Below are positions 7,291 to 17,614 of a stretch of DNA of 25,331 nucleotides, piece by piece. Origin of the DNA: Gemmatimonadota bacterium (lineage in GTDB: Bacteria; Gemmatimonadota; Gemmatimonadetes; Gemmatimonadales; GWC2-71-9); the NCBI GenBank assembly GCA_039586365.1, contig JBDHKN010000068.1, positions 2,857 through 28,187 on the forward strand, given 5' to 3'. The notes under the pieces are model-generated. The model was not told where the DNA came from, ran no database searches, and was given only the letters and a program-made list of their open reading frames with translations. The stretch's first letter is position 1. Every line of letters begins with the position of its first letter. The translations under genes were made by a program, and so were the position numbers.

Positions 7291-8523
7291 ATGCACAGTA
7301 ATGACATGACCGATCTGCCATATTTCACAAAAGAACATCATCAAGTCCGCGATCTCGTACGAGATTTCGCGGAATCTGAGATAAAGCCTGTCGCACGGCA
7401 ACTCGACCTCGAGTCCAAGTTCCCCTGGGAGAACGTGAAAAAGATGGGTGAATTGGGTCTGCTCGGATCTACCTGGCCGCTCGAGCTCGGCGGCTCTGGG
7501 ATGGACTATATATCGTACATCATCCTGGTGGAGGAGCTAGCAAGAGTCGATGGCAGTCATGCCATAACCTGCTCTGCCCACACTACGTTGGGCACGTCAC
7601 CCATTGTGCATTTTGGCACACCAGAGCAACAACAAAAGTACGTCACGTTGCTGGCAACGGGACAGGTGCTTGGTGGATTTGGGCTCACCGAGCCGGGCGC
7701 CGGCTCTGACGCAGGCGGTACCGAGACGTTTGCAGAAGACAAAGGCGATCACTACGTGATTAACGGCTCCAAGATATTCATCACACATGCTGGAGTGGGC
7801 GAGATCTTCGTGATAACGGCTCGGACGGAGAAGGCCCCGGCAAGACGGACCGATGGGATTACTTCTTTCATAATCACCAAGGACACCACCGATCTCGAGG
7901 CAGCCGCGGAGGTCGGAGTCGGGCATGCTGCAGACCTACCCAAGACTCCCGGCGTTCATGCGGGAAAGAAAGAAGACAAGCTGGGCTGGCGTGCTTCGGA
8001 TACTCGGGAGTTGATCTTGGAGGACGCCATAGTTCCCAAGGAGAACATGCTGGGAGAGCCGGGGAGAGGGTTCATCAACTTTCTGAAGACACTGGACTCA
8101 GGTCGGATCGGAGTCGGTGCTCTCTCGCTCGGAGTGGCTCAGGGCGCATATGAGGAGTGCCTGCGTTACACGGCAGAACGCAAGCAATTCGGCAAGACAA
8201 TAGCCTCTTTTCAAGCCACACAGTTCGCACTTGCGGACATGGCCACCGAGATACAAGCGGCGCGGCACCTCGTCTATCATGCCGCTTGGCTCTACCAAAA
8301 CGGCGAAGCGCATACGACGGCTGCCGCGATGGCGAAACTGTACGCTTCCGAGTTGAGCATGCGGGTTACCACGAAGGCCGTGCAGTTACACGGCGGCTAC
8401 GGCTACACGACAGAGTACCCAGTCGAGCGAATGATGCGTGACGCAAAGGTCAACGAGATCGGGGAGGGCACCAGCGAGATTCAGAGAATGGTGATTGCGC
8501 GGAGTCTGCTGCACCAACCGTAA
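7291..8523 (+). CDS. Acyl-CoA dehydrogenase (start 7291 or 7306)
   Basis: FGLTEPGAGSDA, INGSKIFIT, KEDKLGWRAS, RKQFGK, QLHGGYGY, IGEGTSEIQRMVIAR. Confidence 0.95.
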   Translation: MHSNDMTDLPYFTKEHHQVRDLVRDFAESEIKPVARQLDLESKFPWENVKKMGELGLLGSTWPLELGGSGMDYISYIILVEELARVDGSHAITCSAHTTLGTSPIVHFGTPEQQQKYVTLLATGQVLGGFGLTEPGAGSDAGGTETFAEDKGDHYVINGSKIFITHAGVGEIFVITARTEKAPARRTDGITSFIITKDTTDLEAAAEVGVGHAADLPKTPGVHAGKKEDKLGWRASDTRELILEDAIVPKENMLGEPGRGFINFLKTLDSGRIGVGALSLGVAQGAYEECLRYTAERKQFGKTIASFQATQFALADMATEIQAARHLVYHAAWLYQNGEAHTTAAAMAKLYASELSMRVTTKAVQLHGGYGYTTEYPVERMMRDAKVNEIGEGTSEIQRMVIARSLLHQP

Positions 8524-8525
8524 GC

Positions 8526-8555
8526 CGACCGGCCGCTCAGGGGTCGGTCGACCCC
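8526..8555. terminator. Hairpin between convergent genes
   Basis: CGACCGGCC-N7-GGTCGGTCG. Confidence 0.45.
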
Positions 8556-8575
8556 ATCGTCTGGTTTTGTCCCGT

Positions 8576-10111
8576 CTACTGTCCGACGTGAACCGTCAGC
8601 ACCCGGAGCGGCAGCTGATTTGGATCGACCCGCTCGAATGTCTGACTCACTCTGCCCTCAGCTCCAAGCAAGGTGACCTCGACGTCGACCCTGTCCACTC
8701 CAACTGGCAGCCCGACGTGAACCGGCATCACGTTCTGCGAACAATAGCCACCTCCAGTGTCAACCAACCTGCTACCGATGAGCCGGTCGCGTCCCGCAGC
8801 AAACACCCTGACTTCCGCTCCCGCGAACACGTGAATGCCGTTAGGGTCCACGACCTTGATTTGGATCGACCGACTCGCGGCTTCCTCTGGCAGGAGATTG
8901 CGGTACACGGGATGGCTGCTCTCCAAGTTGTTGTTGGTGAGTGCCAGGTCGAGATCGCCGTCGGCATCGAAATCAGCCCATTGAACCCCGTGACTTGCCC
9001 CGCGCTGGAGGAACAGGGCAGGAATGACGTCCACGAGCTGGCCCGCCACATTGCCGTACAGGTGATCTCGTGCTTCAGGCTCATCACTCATGTAGGACAC
9101 CACATAGAGATCGGGCCAACCGTCGTTGTTGAAATCACCCCACGCCGCTGCCGTGGAGTGGAAGTCCGCTGCCACGGGGGTTCCTGCAGCTACTTCCATG
9201 AACCGGCCAGCACCGTCGTTTTCCCACAGCGCGTCCGGTCCGTAGTTGGCCACGAACAGATCGAAGTCGCCGTCGTTGTCGTAGTCCGTTACGGCCGGGC
9301 CGACCCCGCCGTATTCCTCAGTCCTGTCCGGTGAGTGCATCCCCAGGTCTGCTGCGATATCGGTGAACCGCCCGCCATCATTTCGGAAAAAGCCGTCCTG
9401 ATCGCCGTTCTGGTTGGCCACGAATGCATCAAGATCTCCATCCATATCCATGTCGAACCAGGCTACGCCAACGGTCCTACGCGGATCTGCGATGCCAGAG
9501 TTCTCCGAGACGTCGGTGAATGTGGCTCCATCGTTGCTGAACAGTCGGTTCGGCCGGTCTCTGAATGCGATGAAGAGGTCGACGTCTCCATCATTGTCGT
9601 AGTCGATCCAAGAGGTTTGGCGGGTCGTACCAATCAGGTCAACGCCAAACTGCCCGGCAACATTGGTAAAGTGGCGTCCGTCACCCTCATTGTGGAACAG
9701 CCGGTTGGGAGTCTCTGCGGCTGCTGGGAAGCCGACGTACAGGTCCAAGTGGCCATCTCTGTCGTAGTCACCCCAGGCAGCCACGCGCGTCTCCTCTTCG
9801 TTGGCCAGTCCCACATCCAGTGCCACATCCGTGAACACACCGGCGTCGTTGCGATAGAGTCGGTCAGCGGCCCCGCGGAATCCCACGAAGAGATCCAAAT
9901 CGCCGTCGTTATCGTAGTCAGCCCAGGCGTTGGGCTGACCCCCAGGTGCTGCAAAGAGATCCTGCTGGGCCGGCTCGAAACTCGGTGCGATGTCTTCACT
10001 TGACACAGTTCCATCGACGCAGCCGACGACCAAGGACAGCGCCGCCAAGAGTTGTAGGGTCGACAGCTGGATTACAGTGGGGATTCTCTGAGTCTGTTGG
10101 CAGTTGATCAT
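8576..10111 (-). CDS. FG-GAP/VCBS repeat protein with C-terminal ASPIC/UnbV domain (CRTAC1-like), probable lipoprotein
   Basis: Six DxDxDGxxDL repeats, each followed by L(Y/F/W)xN; C-terminal GGGYCSQN..VHVGL; lipobox-like LVVGC; start uncertain. Confidence 0.9.
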   Translation of the reverse strand: MINCQQTQRIPTVIQLSTLQLLAALSLVVGCVDGTVSSEDIAPSFEPAQQDLFAAPGGQPNAWADYDNDGDLDLFVGFRGAADRLYRNDAGVFTDVALDVGLANEEETRVAAWGDYDRDGHLDLYVGFPAAAETPNRLFHNEGDGRHFTNVAGQFGVDLIGTTRQTSWIDYDNDGDVDLFIAFRDRPNRLFSNDGATFTDVSENSGIADPRRTVGVAWFDMDMDGDLDAFVANQNGDQDGFFRNDGGRFTDIAADLGMHSPDRTEEYGGVGPAVTDYDNDGDFDLFVANYGPDALWENDGAGRFMEVAAGTPVAADFHSTAAAWGDFNNDGWPDLYVVSYMSDEPEARDHLYGNVAGQLVDVIPALFLQRGASHGVQWADFDADGDLDLALTNNNLESSHPVYRNLLPEEAASRSIQIKVVDPNGIHVFAGAEVRVFAAGRDRLIGSRLVDTGGGYCSQNVMPVHVGLPVGVDRVDVEVTLLGAEGRVSQTFERVDPNQLPLRVLTVHVGQ

Positions 10112-10318
10112 TGTCTCGTTCGCTCGTGGGGCTCGGTGACATTCCAATCGTAGTTGGCAGCGTAACGGTGCGTGATCGAGTCCGATTGTGCAAGGAGCCT
10201 ACAAGCCGGGATCGGATGGCGGCTCCGGGAACCTTATCGGACAGCCGTGCGTTCTGGGATCGTGGCGCGCTTCGGCGTCACCAGGATTCCAGCTATTCGA
10301 CCAGAGGGGACTGACGCA

Positions 10319-10834
10319 ATGAGACCTGCTATTGGCATGCTTCCGATTGTAGTGGTTCTTGGTCTTGGGTGTGCGCAGGAGCAGCAGCCTCCGGCTGAGG
10401 AGATGTCTACGATGAAGGCGGCGCAGCCTGACACCACCGCGCCCGTGCTCTGGGCCTACCTGGAGGATGCAAGTTATAGGAGTTGGCCCATGTGGCCCGG
10501 CAAGGAGGCGTTCTACACCGGCACCGAACCGCATGGAATGCTTCTCACAACTTACGTGAATGAGCTTGCGCTCGATGCCATCACCAACAGGTCCGGCCGG
10601 ATGCCGGCGGGTGCAGTGGTGGTAAAGGAGAACTACATGCCGGATAGAATGCTCGCAGCCGTCACCGTAATGTACAAGTCCGGGGGGTACAACACGGAGT
10701 ATGGTGATTGGTTTTTCGTGAAGCGTCTAGCGGACGGCACCTTCGAGGCATCTGGTCGCGTCGCAATGTGCCAAGGGTGTCATGCTCAGAGAGCGGCAAA
10801 CGATTACCTGTTCACAGGCTCACTGAGCCAATAG
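10319..10834 (+). CDS. Cytochrome P460 / c'-beta family protein, lipoprotein
   Basis: Signal ending LGLGC; YRSW, TYVN, GAVVVKENY, VMYK, GDWFF, C-terminal CQGCH and DYLF. Confidence 0.85.
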   Translation: MRPAIGMLPIVVVLGLGCAQEQQPPAEEMSTMKAAQPDTTAPVLWAYLEDASYRSWPMWPGKEAFYTGTEPHGMLLTTYVNELALDAITNRSGRMPAGAVVVKENYMPDRMLAAVTVMYKSGGYNTEYGDWFFVKRLADGTFEASGRVAMCQGCHAQRAANDYLFTGSLSQ

Positions 10835-10844
10835 CGGCTGCGAG

Positions 10845-10875
10845 TGCGGGGAAATCACCGAGCGATTTCCCCGCA
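10845..10875. terminator. Perfect 12-bp inverted repeat between convergent genes
   Basis: TGCGGGGAAATC-N7-GATTTCCCCGCA. Confidence 0.6.
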
Positions 10876-10899
10876 GCAGGCTGGCCTGCTGTGGGCTCG

Positions 10900-11100
10900 T
10901 CAGTCGTGGTGTTCCGCAGGTGTCAGCTTCTCAGCGCCGGGCAACCTGCCGATCAGCTGCGCGGGGTCGTGGATCAGCACCGGTAGATGTTGGGGGCAGA
11001 TCCAGAATCCGGTGTTCATGTAGTCCAGCGAGATCAGTGGAGTTTGGTCGGGCCCTCTGTGACAGGCCAGGCACTGTTTGATCGATGGCTCGTGCGACAT
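10900..11100 (-). CDS. Small putative Zn-binding protein (CxxC...CxxH), 66 aa
   Basis: AGGAGG RBS; CLAC...ICPQHLPVLIHDP. Confidence 0.75.
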   Translation of the reverse strand: MSHEPSIKQCLACHRGPDQTPLISLDYMNTGFWICPQHLPVLIHDPAQLIGRLPGAEKLTPAEHHD

Positions 11101-11121
11101 GCAGCTGCAACCTCCTGAATG

Positions 11122-11149
11122 GGAAGCAGTGAGCGGGGAGCGGGGAGCC
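11122..11149 (+). repeat. Tandem heptamer array
   Basis: GGAAGCA GTGAGCG GGGAGCG GGGAGCC. Confidence 0.55.
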
Positions 11150-11190
11150 GTTGGTTGTCGAGTCGCCTCGCCCGATTCATATCCTACGAC

Positions 11191-11778
11191 TCAGCGGCGG
11201 AACAGTGGGATGATTCTCCCTGTGATTGCCATGTAGGACGCGTACTCATCACCAAAACAATCCAGCAGTTGACGCTCCTCACGTGGAACCCGCCAAAGGT
11301 ACCCTGGCAGGAGAGTAAGCAACATACCCCAGCCAGCAATCCAGTTCTGCAGCAACATGGGCTGGGCGATACCCCACAGAAAGTGCGCCGCGTACATGGG
11401 GTGTCGCATGTGCTGGTAAACACCTCGTGTTACCAGCGAATGGTCCTCCCTCAGTTGAACCGTCGGGGACCAATTGAGCCCGAGGTCAACATGCGATCTC
11501 CACAGCAGCCAGAGTGCCAGGGCAAACGTCACTATGCCCAGCCAACCCACCCAAGTAGGCAGATGGTAGTCAGCAAAATCGAGTCGCGCTGATAGCGCGT
11601 TGACCAGTGGCAAGATGAACATCCCAATGGCCGGAAGGGTCATCAGGACCGCGTCGAGCGTCGACTTTCTGTCGTCCACTATCTTGTTGTGCCTGTGAGG
11701 GCGGGTATAGCTGCCCCGGATGATCGATCCAACGATCAATCCACCGAAGTAAGACCACTGGAAGAAGTCGTCTGTCAT
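11191..11778 (-). CDS. Isoprenylcysteine carboxyl methyltransferase (ICMT/PEMT)-family membrane protein
   Basis: LGLNWS, HSLVTRGVYQHMRHPMY, EERQLLDCFGDEYASY; AAGGAG before ATG 11778. Confidence 0.9.
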   Translation of the reverse strand: MTDDFFQWSYFGGLIVGSIIRGSYTRPHRHNKIVDDRKSTLDAVLMTLPAIGMFILPLVNALSARLDFADYHLPTWVGWLGIVTFALALWLLWRSHVDLGLNWSPTVQLREDHSLVTRGVYQHMRHPMYAAHFLWGIAQPMLLQNWIAGWGMLLTLLPGYLWRVPREERQLLDCFGDEYASYMAITGRIIPLFRR

Positions 11779-11809
11779 GATCCGAATGACTCCTTTGCCC
11801 GGCATCCCA

Positions 11810-12361
11810 TCAGAACGATAGCGCGACTGAAATCGGTAGAGTAGAAGAACCGGAGACAGCGCTCGATAGCAGCACGTCGAGCCGCACGTGGACCCAGCGC
11901 TCCCTTGCGATGAGCCGAGTCAGCATTCCCATTAGGATCGCTCCACCTGCGGCACCTACGACAACGTCCGGCACTTCTTTGGTGCAGTCAACTACGTCAG
12001 CGTATCCCAGTTTGCATTGCTCCGGCTCCGTAATGAGAACGGGACCCGCGAGGGCTCCGATCGCGGCCCCGATTGCCGGCACGCCGTAGATGAGCTTGGG
12101 ATCCCGCCCAATACTTACCCGCAGTTGGCCAATGCTGGCAACAGATACATCTACGAGCCCTGTGGGGTTGACGAACATGGTGATCGTGTCACGGCCGAGA
12201 AACCGCAACTGCCCGATAGTCGCGCCTTCGACCAGCTCGCGCGATACGACATAGATCCGAGATCCCGATCTGAGAGGTGGTTGGCTCTGGGCAGCGGTGG
12301 TGCAGGCCCCGAGCGACAGCGTTGCGAGCACCGCAATTGTTACACGGGTCGGCAGTATCAT
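11810..12361 (-). CDS. Hypothetical lipoprotein with Gly-zipper-like hydrophobic segments
   Basis: MILPTRVTIAVLATLSLGAC lipobox; AIGAAIGALAG and GAAGGAILMG segments. Confidence 0.75.
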   Translation of the reverse strand: MILPTRVTIAVLATLSLGACTTAAQSQPPLRSGSRIYVVSRELVEGATIGQLRFLGRDTITMFVNPTGLVDVSVASIGQLRVSIGRDPKLIYGVPAIGAAIGALAGPVLITEPEQCKLGYADVVDCTKEVPDVVVGAAGGAILMGMLTRLIARERWVHVRLDVLLSSAVSGSSTLPISVALSF

Positions 12362-12422
12362 CGTTTGCTGTCTAGAACAGTTGCCTGTCGCTTCGTGCCA
12401 GCATGGCGGCGAAGCACGACCA

Positions 12423-12658
12423 CTATCGAGCCCCCAGCTCTTCGGGCACACGTAAGGCGTTGCGATTTCTCGGATTGAGCTCCAGCGAGCGCCGGTGGTT
12501 CTCGATCGCGAGCTGTCCGTTGCCGTTCTGCGTGTGAGCCCGACCCAGCGGTCGCACACCCTGAAGGGCTCTGGGTACTAACTCGTATTGCGCTGAGAGG
12601 TAGCCAGGGCGCTAGCGACATCGTTCTGCTCGAGATCGGCGTGACCTTCATCGTTCAA
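12423..12658 (-). pseudogene. Degraded C-terminal TPR module
   Basis: LNDEGHADLEQNDVASALATSQRNTS*YPEPFRVCD, then a frameshift to AHTQNGNGQLAIENHRRSLELNPRNRNALRVPEELGAR*; in-frame TAG at 12578-12580. Confidence 0.7.
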
Positions 12659-12963
12659 CTGGCGCTACCGTCGGCGGGCGGCGCTGACGAGCAGCGAGAA
12701 ACCACGCTGCGATCCCACCTTGGTTCGACTCCTCGAGGCATTAGAGCGGTTGGAGGTCATGGGGCTGCCCCCGGTTGATGGATGACTGAGTCGGAACATC
12801 GGGAAGACCGGAGCGCTTTGCAAGCGCCGCCAGGTCTGCGCCTTGACACCGTCCGTGATCCCGGAGAACCTGGAGACTCTGACAGCAGTGCTGCCATCGC
12901 GTTAGTGGCTACTCAAAGCATCCATGGCAGAACTGATGGTTGCCCACTTCTGGACGTGAGTCC

Positions 12964-13950
<987 letters not shown>

Positions 13951-13992
13951 GGAGAGCAATTGCCCAGTTGGCGTGCATTAGCTCTGCGGGCC

Positions 13993-14022
13993 CTTCCCCC
14001 CCACGAATCTCCGTGGGAGGAG
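13993..14022 (+). terminator. Hairpin after the aldo/keto reductase gene
   Basis: CCCACG-N6-CGTGGG extended by CTTCC/GGAG; no T tail. Confidence 0.35.
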
Positions 14023-14203
14023 TGCGACCTGGCCTTGGAACCGGGCCGGTGCCTGTAGTGTTTCAAACCGATGCCGCCGCACCATTTCTGAAGATTAAAT
14101 GAAGGCACATGACACGGAATGTGCGGGAAGACCGGTGTATATTCGGTATGGCGCAGAGGGGAGCCTAGCGAAAGTATACCCGTAGGATGGTTCGGGTAGT
14201 GAC

Positions 14204-14232
14204 TTGTCAAGGAATTGTCCTGATGCTAAATT
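14204..14232 (+). promoter_or_regulatory. Sigma70-type promoter for the efflux operon leader
   Basis: TTGTCA-N17-TAAATT with extended -10 TG. Confidence 0.55.
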
Positions 14233-14461
14233 GCAAGGTTAGACAACGTTTAGACACAGATCAAGGACTCACATCATATGGAGGTCAGACCGTTGGTACG
14301 TCCAGCACTGCAGCCGACCGTGTTCGTTGGGAGCCCGGAGGCGTCCGCACTCGTTGGTCTGCACCGAGTCATGGTGCAGAACGAGGACGGACGCGAGGGT
14401 CCGGAGTGTAGGGAAAGAGACAGGTATTCCGGCGGCCGTTAGTCCCAGTTGCAGGAATCTT

Positions 14462-14502
14462 CCCCGGTAAGGAACCAGGCTGTGGTCCGGACCGGGGTTT
14501 TT
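14462..14502 (+). terminator. Intrinsic terminator in the leader of the RND operon
   Basis: CCCCGGT (14462-14468)/ACCGGGG (14491-14497), inner ACCA/TGGT, then TTTTT; 38 nt before the RND start. Confidence 0.6.
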
Positions 14503-14540
14503 GAATGTCACCACCTCGCAACTCAGATGGGTGATTTGAT

Positions 14541-17500
14541 TTGAAGCTTTCGGATATCTCAATCCGTCGCCCGGTGCTCACGAGTATGATGAGCGTCGCG
14601 CTCGTGCTGTTCGGGGCCATAGCATTTCTGCGTCTGCCGGTACGTGAGTTCCCCGATGTGGATCCGCCGGTCGTTTCGGTCTCCACTTTCCTGCGAGGTG
14701 CCAATCCGCGCGTCATGGAGTCGGCAGTGACGGATATCCTGGAGGAGGAGCTGAGTACGATACCCGGCCTGCGGACTCTGACCAGCGCGAGTGCGGAACA
14801 GTCTAGCTCAATCACCCTGGAGTTCACGCTCGACCGAGAACTGGAATCGGCAGCACAGGACGTGCGGGACAAGGTGTCGCGAGTGAGGGGACGGTTGCCG
14901 CAGGACATAGAAGAGCCCGTCGTGAGCAAGCAGGACGCGGACGCCAGTCCATTCTTCTGGTTGGCTCTCTCGGGCGCGAACTACGATCTGCTGCAGCTAT
15001 CGGATATCGGCGATAGGGAGGTCAAGACCAGGTTACAATCCCTGTCGGGTGTCGGTAGGGCACAGATCTTTGGCGAGCGCCGTTACTCGATGCGCATCTG
15101 GCTCGATTCGGAAGCCTTGGCTTCCAGAGGGCTCACTGTACAGGACGTCCAGAATGCCGTGCGGAGTCGTAACGTCGAAATACCTGCGGGGCGGATCGAG
15201 TCAGACCGACGCGAGTTCACCGTCCGATCGCTGGGAGAGCTCAAGACACCTGAAGAGTTCCAGAATCTGACAGTGGCCAACCAAGATGGGCAGTTGGTCA
15301 AGCTGCGTGACCTGTCGCGGGTGGAACTGGGGCCCGAGAACGATCGGGCGGCCCTGCGCTACAACGGTACCTCGGCGGTTGCGATCGGAGTTGTGCGCCA
15401 ATCGAAATCGAATCTCATAGAGGTGTCGGACGCGATTCGGGAGGAACTCCCACTCATTCAGGCAGCGCTCCCACCCGGAGTCGACATCTCGATAGCGTTC
15501 GATGGGGCGGTGTTCGTACGACGCTCGATTCAAGAAGCGGAAGAGACTCTGCTCCTCGCAGGTGCGCTCGTGATTGTGATCATCTTCGTTTTCCTGCGGA
15601 ACCTCCAGGGTACCATTATCCCTGGGCTGGCAATCCCGACATCGATCGTCGCTGCTTTCGGACTGTTGTACTTCTTTGGGTTCACGATAAACAACCTGAC
15701 CCTGCTAGCCCTGATCCTGTCAATAGGAATCGTGGTTGACGATGCCATCATCGTCATGGAGAACGCGTATCGACATCAGGAAAAGCTCGGTGAGGATCCT
15801 GAACAGGCAGCTGCGAAGGGTACCAGCGAGATCGCTTTTGCAGTCATAGCAACCACTGTGGCGCTGGTTGCGGTCTTCTCACCACTCACCTTCCTGCGGG
15901 GAACGACTGGTCGGTTGTTCAACGAGTTCGCTATCGCAATGGCTGGTGCGGTGGTCATATCCAGTTTCGTAGCGCTCACGCTCACACCGATGCTGTGTGC
16001 CAAGATCTTGCGCGTTCCCAAGAGCCACGGGCCGATCTTCAACTTGTTCGAACGAACTTTCGAGACCATAACCGACTGGTACGGCAGTGCCCTGGCCTGG
16101 GCACTGCGGCGCCGGTGGGTGATTCTTGCTGGTGGTGTGACGACTCTTCTGGTCGCAGTCGTGACCTTCCAGAACCTAAGACGAGAATTCGTGCCGCCCG
16201 AGGACCGCGGTTTCTTTGTCACGATAACCGTGGCGCCGGAAGGAGCCTCGCTGGCCTACTCCGACGACTATCAGCGGCGTGTAGAGGAGATCCTGTCCCG
16301 TACCGAGGACGTGGAGGCTTATTTCAGCATCGTGGGCTTTGGAGGGCGGGTCAACAGCGGGATAGTGTTCTCTCGGCTCGCTGATTGGACCGAACGGCAT
16401 CGTTCGGTTCAGGACATCATCGGCGAGGTGCAGCCGCAGTATTTTGGGATCCCAGGCATCTTCGCATTCGCCAACAATCCGTCGGCGTTTGGCGGCTTCG
16501 GCAGTCCCGTTCAATTCGTGGTGCGACATCCCAATTTCGACTCGCTGGCTGTCGGCATGCAGTCGCTTGTGGCGAGCGCTCGCGGTATCAACGGATTGAT
16601 CAATGTGGATACCGACCTCCGGGTCAACAAACCCGAACTGACCGTCTCCTACGATCGCGATCGCGCGGAGGATCTAGGCGTGCCCATTCGGGACATCTCA
16701 AGTACGCTCCAGACAATGTTGGGTGGTCAACGCATCAGCACCTTTACCCGCGACAACAAGCTGTACGATGTCATCGCCCAACTCGAGGCGCCTGAACGAG
16801 CTACTCCGAGTGACATGACGGGCATCTATGTGCGAGGTCGCGAAGGGACTCTGGTCCAGTTGGTCGCCGTTGCACAGATAGGCGAGGGAGTCGGTCCACG
16901 GCAGCTGAGTCACTTCAATCGGGTGCGTTCGGCGACCTTGACTGCCAATCTCGCTCCAGGCTTTGCGTTGGGTGAGGCGCTCGATTCTCTGAACGCGGCG
17001 GCAGCAGCGGTCCTCCCGACGGGTAGCAGTCTGGCGCTGGCGGGGGAATCACGCGAGCTGGTTGAGAGCGGCAACGCACTGTACTTCGCGTTCATTCTGG
17101 CGCTAGTAGTTGTATTCATGGTGCTCGCCGCGCAATTCGAGTCACTGATACATCCGTTCACCGTAATCCTCGCTGTCCCGCTGGCGGTCACCGGAGCACT
17201 CCTCGCACTGTTGGTGACCGGCTCGACTTTGAACCTCTACAGCCAGATCGGGATGATCCTGCTCATCGGTCTGGTCACCAAGAACTCGATTCTCCTCGTA
17301 GAATACGCCAATCAGCTCAAGAGGAGGGGAATGAGCAGCGTGGAAGCAGTACTGGAGTCCGGCAAGATACGGCTCCGACCGATCGTGATGACCTCGGTGG
17401 CGACGATCATGGGCGCAATGCCGATCGCACTGGGGTTGGGGGCCGGGTCGACCAGTCGTAGGCCGCTCGGCTACGCTATCGTCGGTGGGCTGTCATTCTC

Positions 17501-17612
17501 TACGTTACTAACGCTGTTCTTGGTACCGGTCGTGTACGTGCTGCTGGACTCCCTGACGGCGCGGTTGGGAAGCCGAAGCAAGGTGTCAGCGCTCGAACCG
17601 GCGGAGGCATAG
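14541..17612 (+). CDS. RND efflux permease (HAE1/AcrB-MdtC-like)
   Basis: 1023 aa; RRPV N-terminus, LPVREFPDVDPP, GIVVDDAI, KNSIL, RLRPIVMT. Confidence 0.95.
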   Translation: MKLSDISIRRPVLTSMMSVALVLFGAIAFLRLPVREFPDVDPPVVSVSTFLRGANPRVMESAVTDILEEELSTIPGLRTLTSASAEQSSSITLEFTLDRELESAAQDVRDKVSRVRGRLPQDIEEPVVSKQDADASPFFWLALSGANYDLLQLSDIGDREVKTRLQSLSGVGRAQIFGERRYSMRIWLDSEALASRGLTVQDVQNAVRSRNVEIPAGRIESDRREFTVRSLGELKTPEEFQNLTVANQDGQLVKLRDLSRVELGPENDRAALRYNGTSAVAIGVVRQSKSNLIEVSDAIREELPLIQAALPPGVDISIAFDGAVFVRRSIQEAEETLLLAGALVIVIIFVFLRNLQGTIIPGLAIPTSIVAAFGLLYFFGFTINNLTLLALILSIGIVVDDAIIVMENAYRHQEKLGEDPEQAAAKGTSEIAFAVIATTVALVAVFSPLTFLRGTTGRLFNEFAIAMAGAVVISSFVALTLTPMLCAKILRVPKSHGPIFNLFERTFETITDWYGSALAWALRRRWVILAGGVTTLLVAVVTFQNLRREFVPPEDRGFFVTITVAPEGASLAYSDDYQRRVEEILSRTEDVEAYFSIVGFGGRVNSGIVFSRLADWTERHRSVQDIIGEVQPQYFGIPGIFAFANNPSAFGGFGSPVQFVVRHPNFDSLAVGMQSLVASARGINGLINVDTDLRVNKPELTVSYDRDRAEDLGVPIRDISSTLQTMLGGQRISTFTRDNKLYDVIAQLEAPERATPSDMTGIYVRGREGTLVQLVAVAQIGEGVGPRQLSHFNRVRSATLTANLAPGFALGEALDSLNAAAAAVLPTGSSLALAGESRELVESGNALYFAFILALVVVFMVLAAQFESLIHPFTVILAVPLAVTGALLALLVTGSTLNLYSQIGMILLIGLVTKNSILLVEYANQLKRRGMSSVEAVLESGKIRLRPIVMTSVATIMGAMPIALGLGAGSTSRRPLGYAIVGGLSFSTLLTLFLVPVVYVLLDSLTARLGSRSKVSALEPAEA

Positions 17613-17614
17613 AG

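Noticed and set aside
4841..10003. Long antisense ORFs (e.g. 4841..5908, 8495..9334, 9335..10003)
   Set aside because: Shadow ORFs opposite well-supported genes in GC-rich DNA.
11059..11073. CLACH as a c-type heme motif in the 66-aa protein
   Set aside because: No export signal; CxxC plus the later CxxH fits zinc binding better.
12722..12732. tRNA T-arm-like GGTTCGACTCC
   Set aside because: Only a 2-bp stem; no D arm, anticodon arm or acceptor stem.
14124..14150. Cobalamin riboswitch-like GGGAAGACCGGTGTATATTCGGT
   Set aside because: Lacks the downstream CCCnnnACTGT and B12-box elements.
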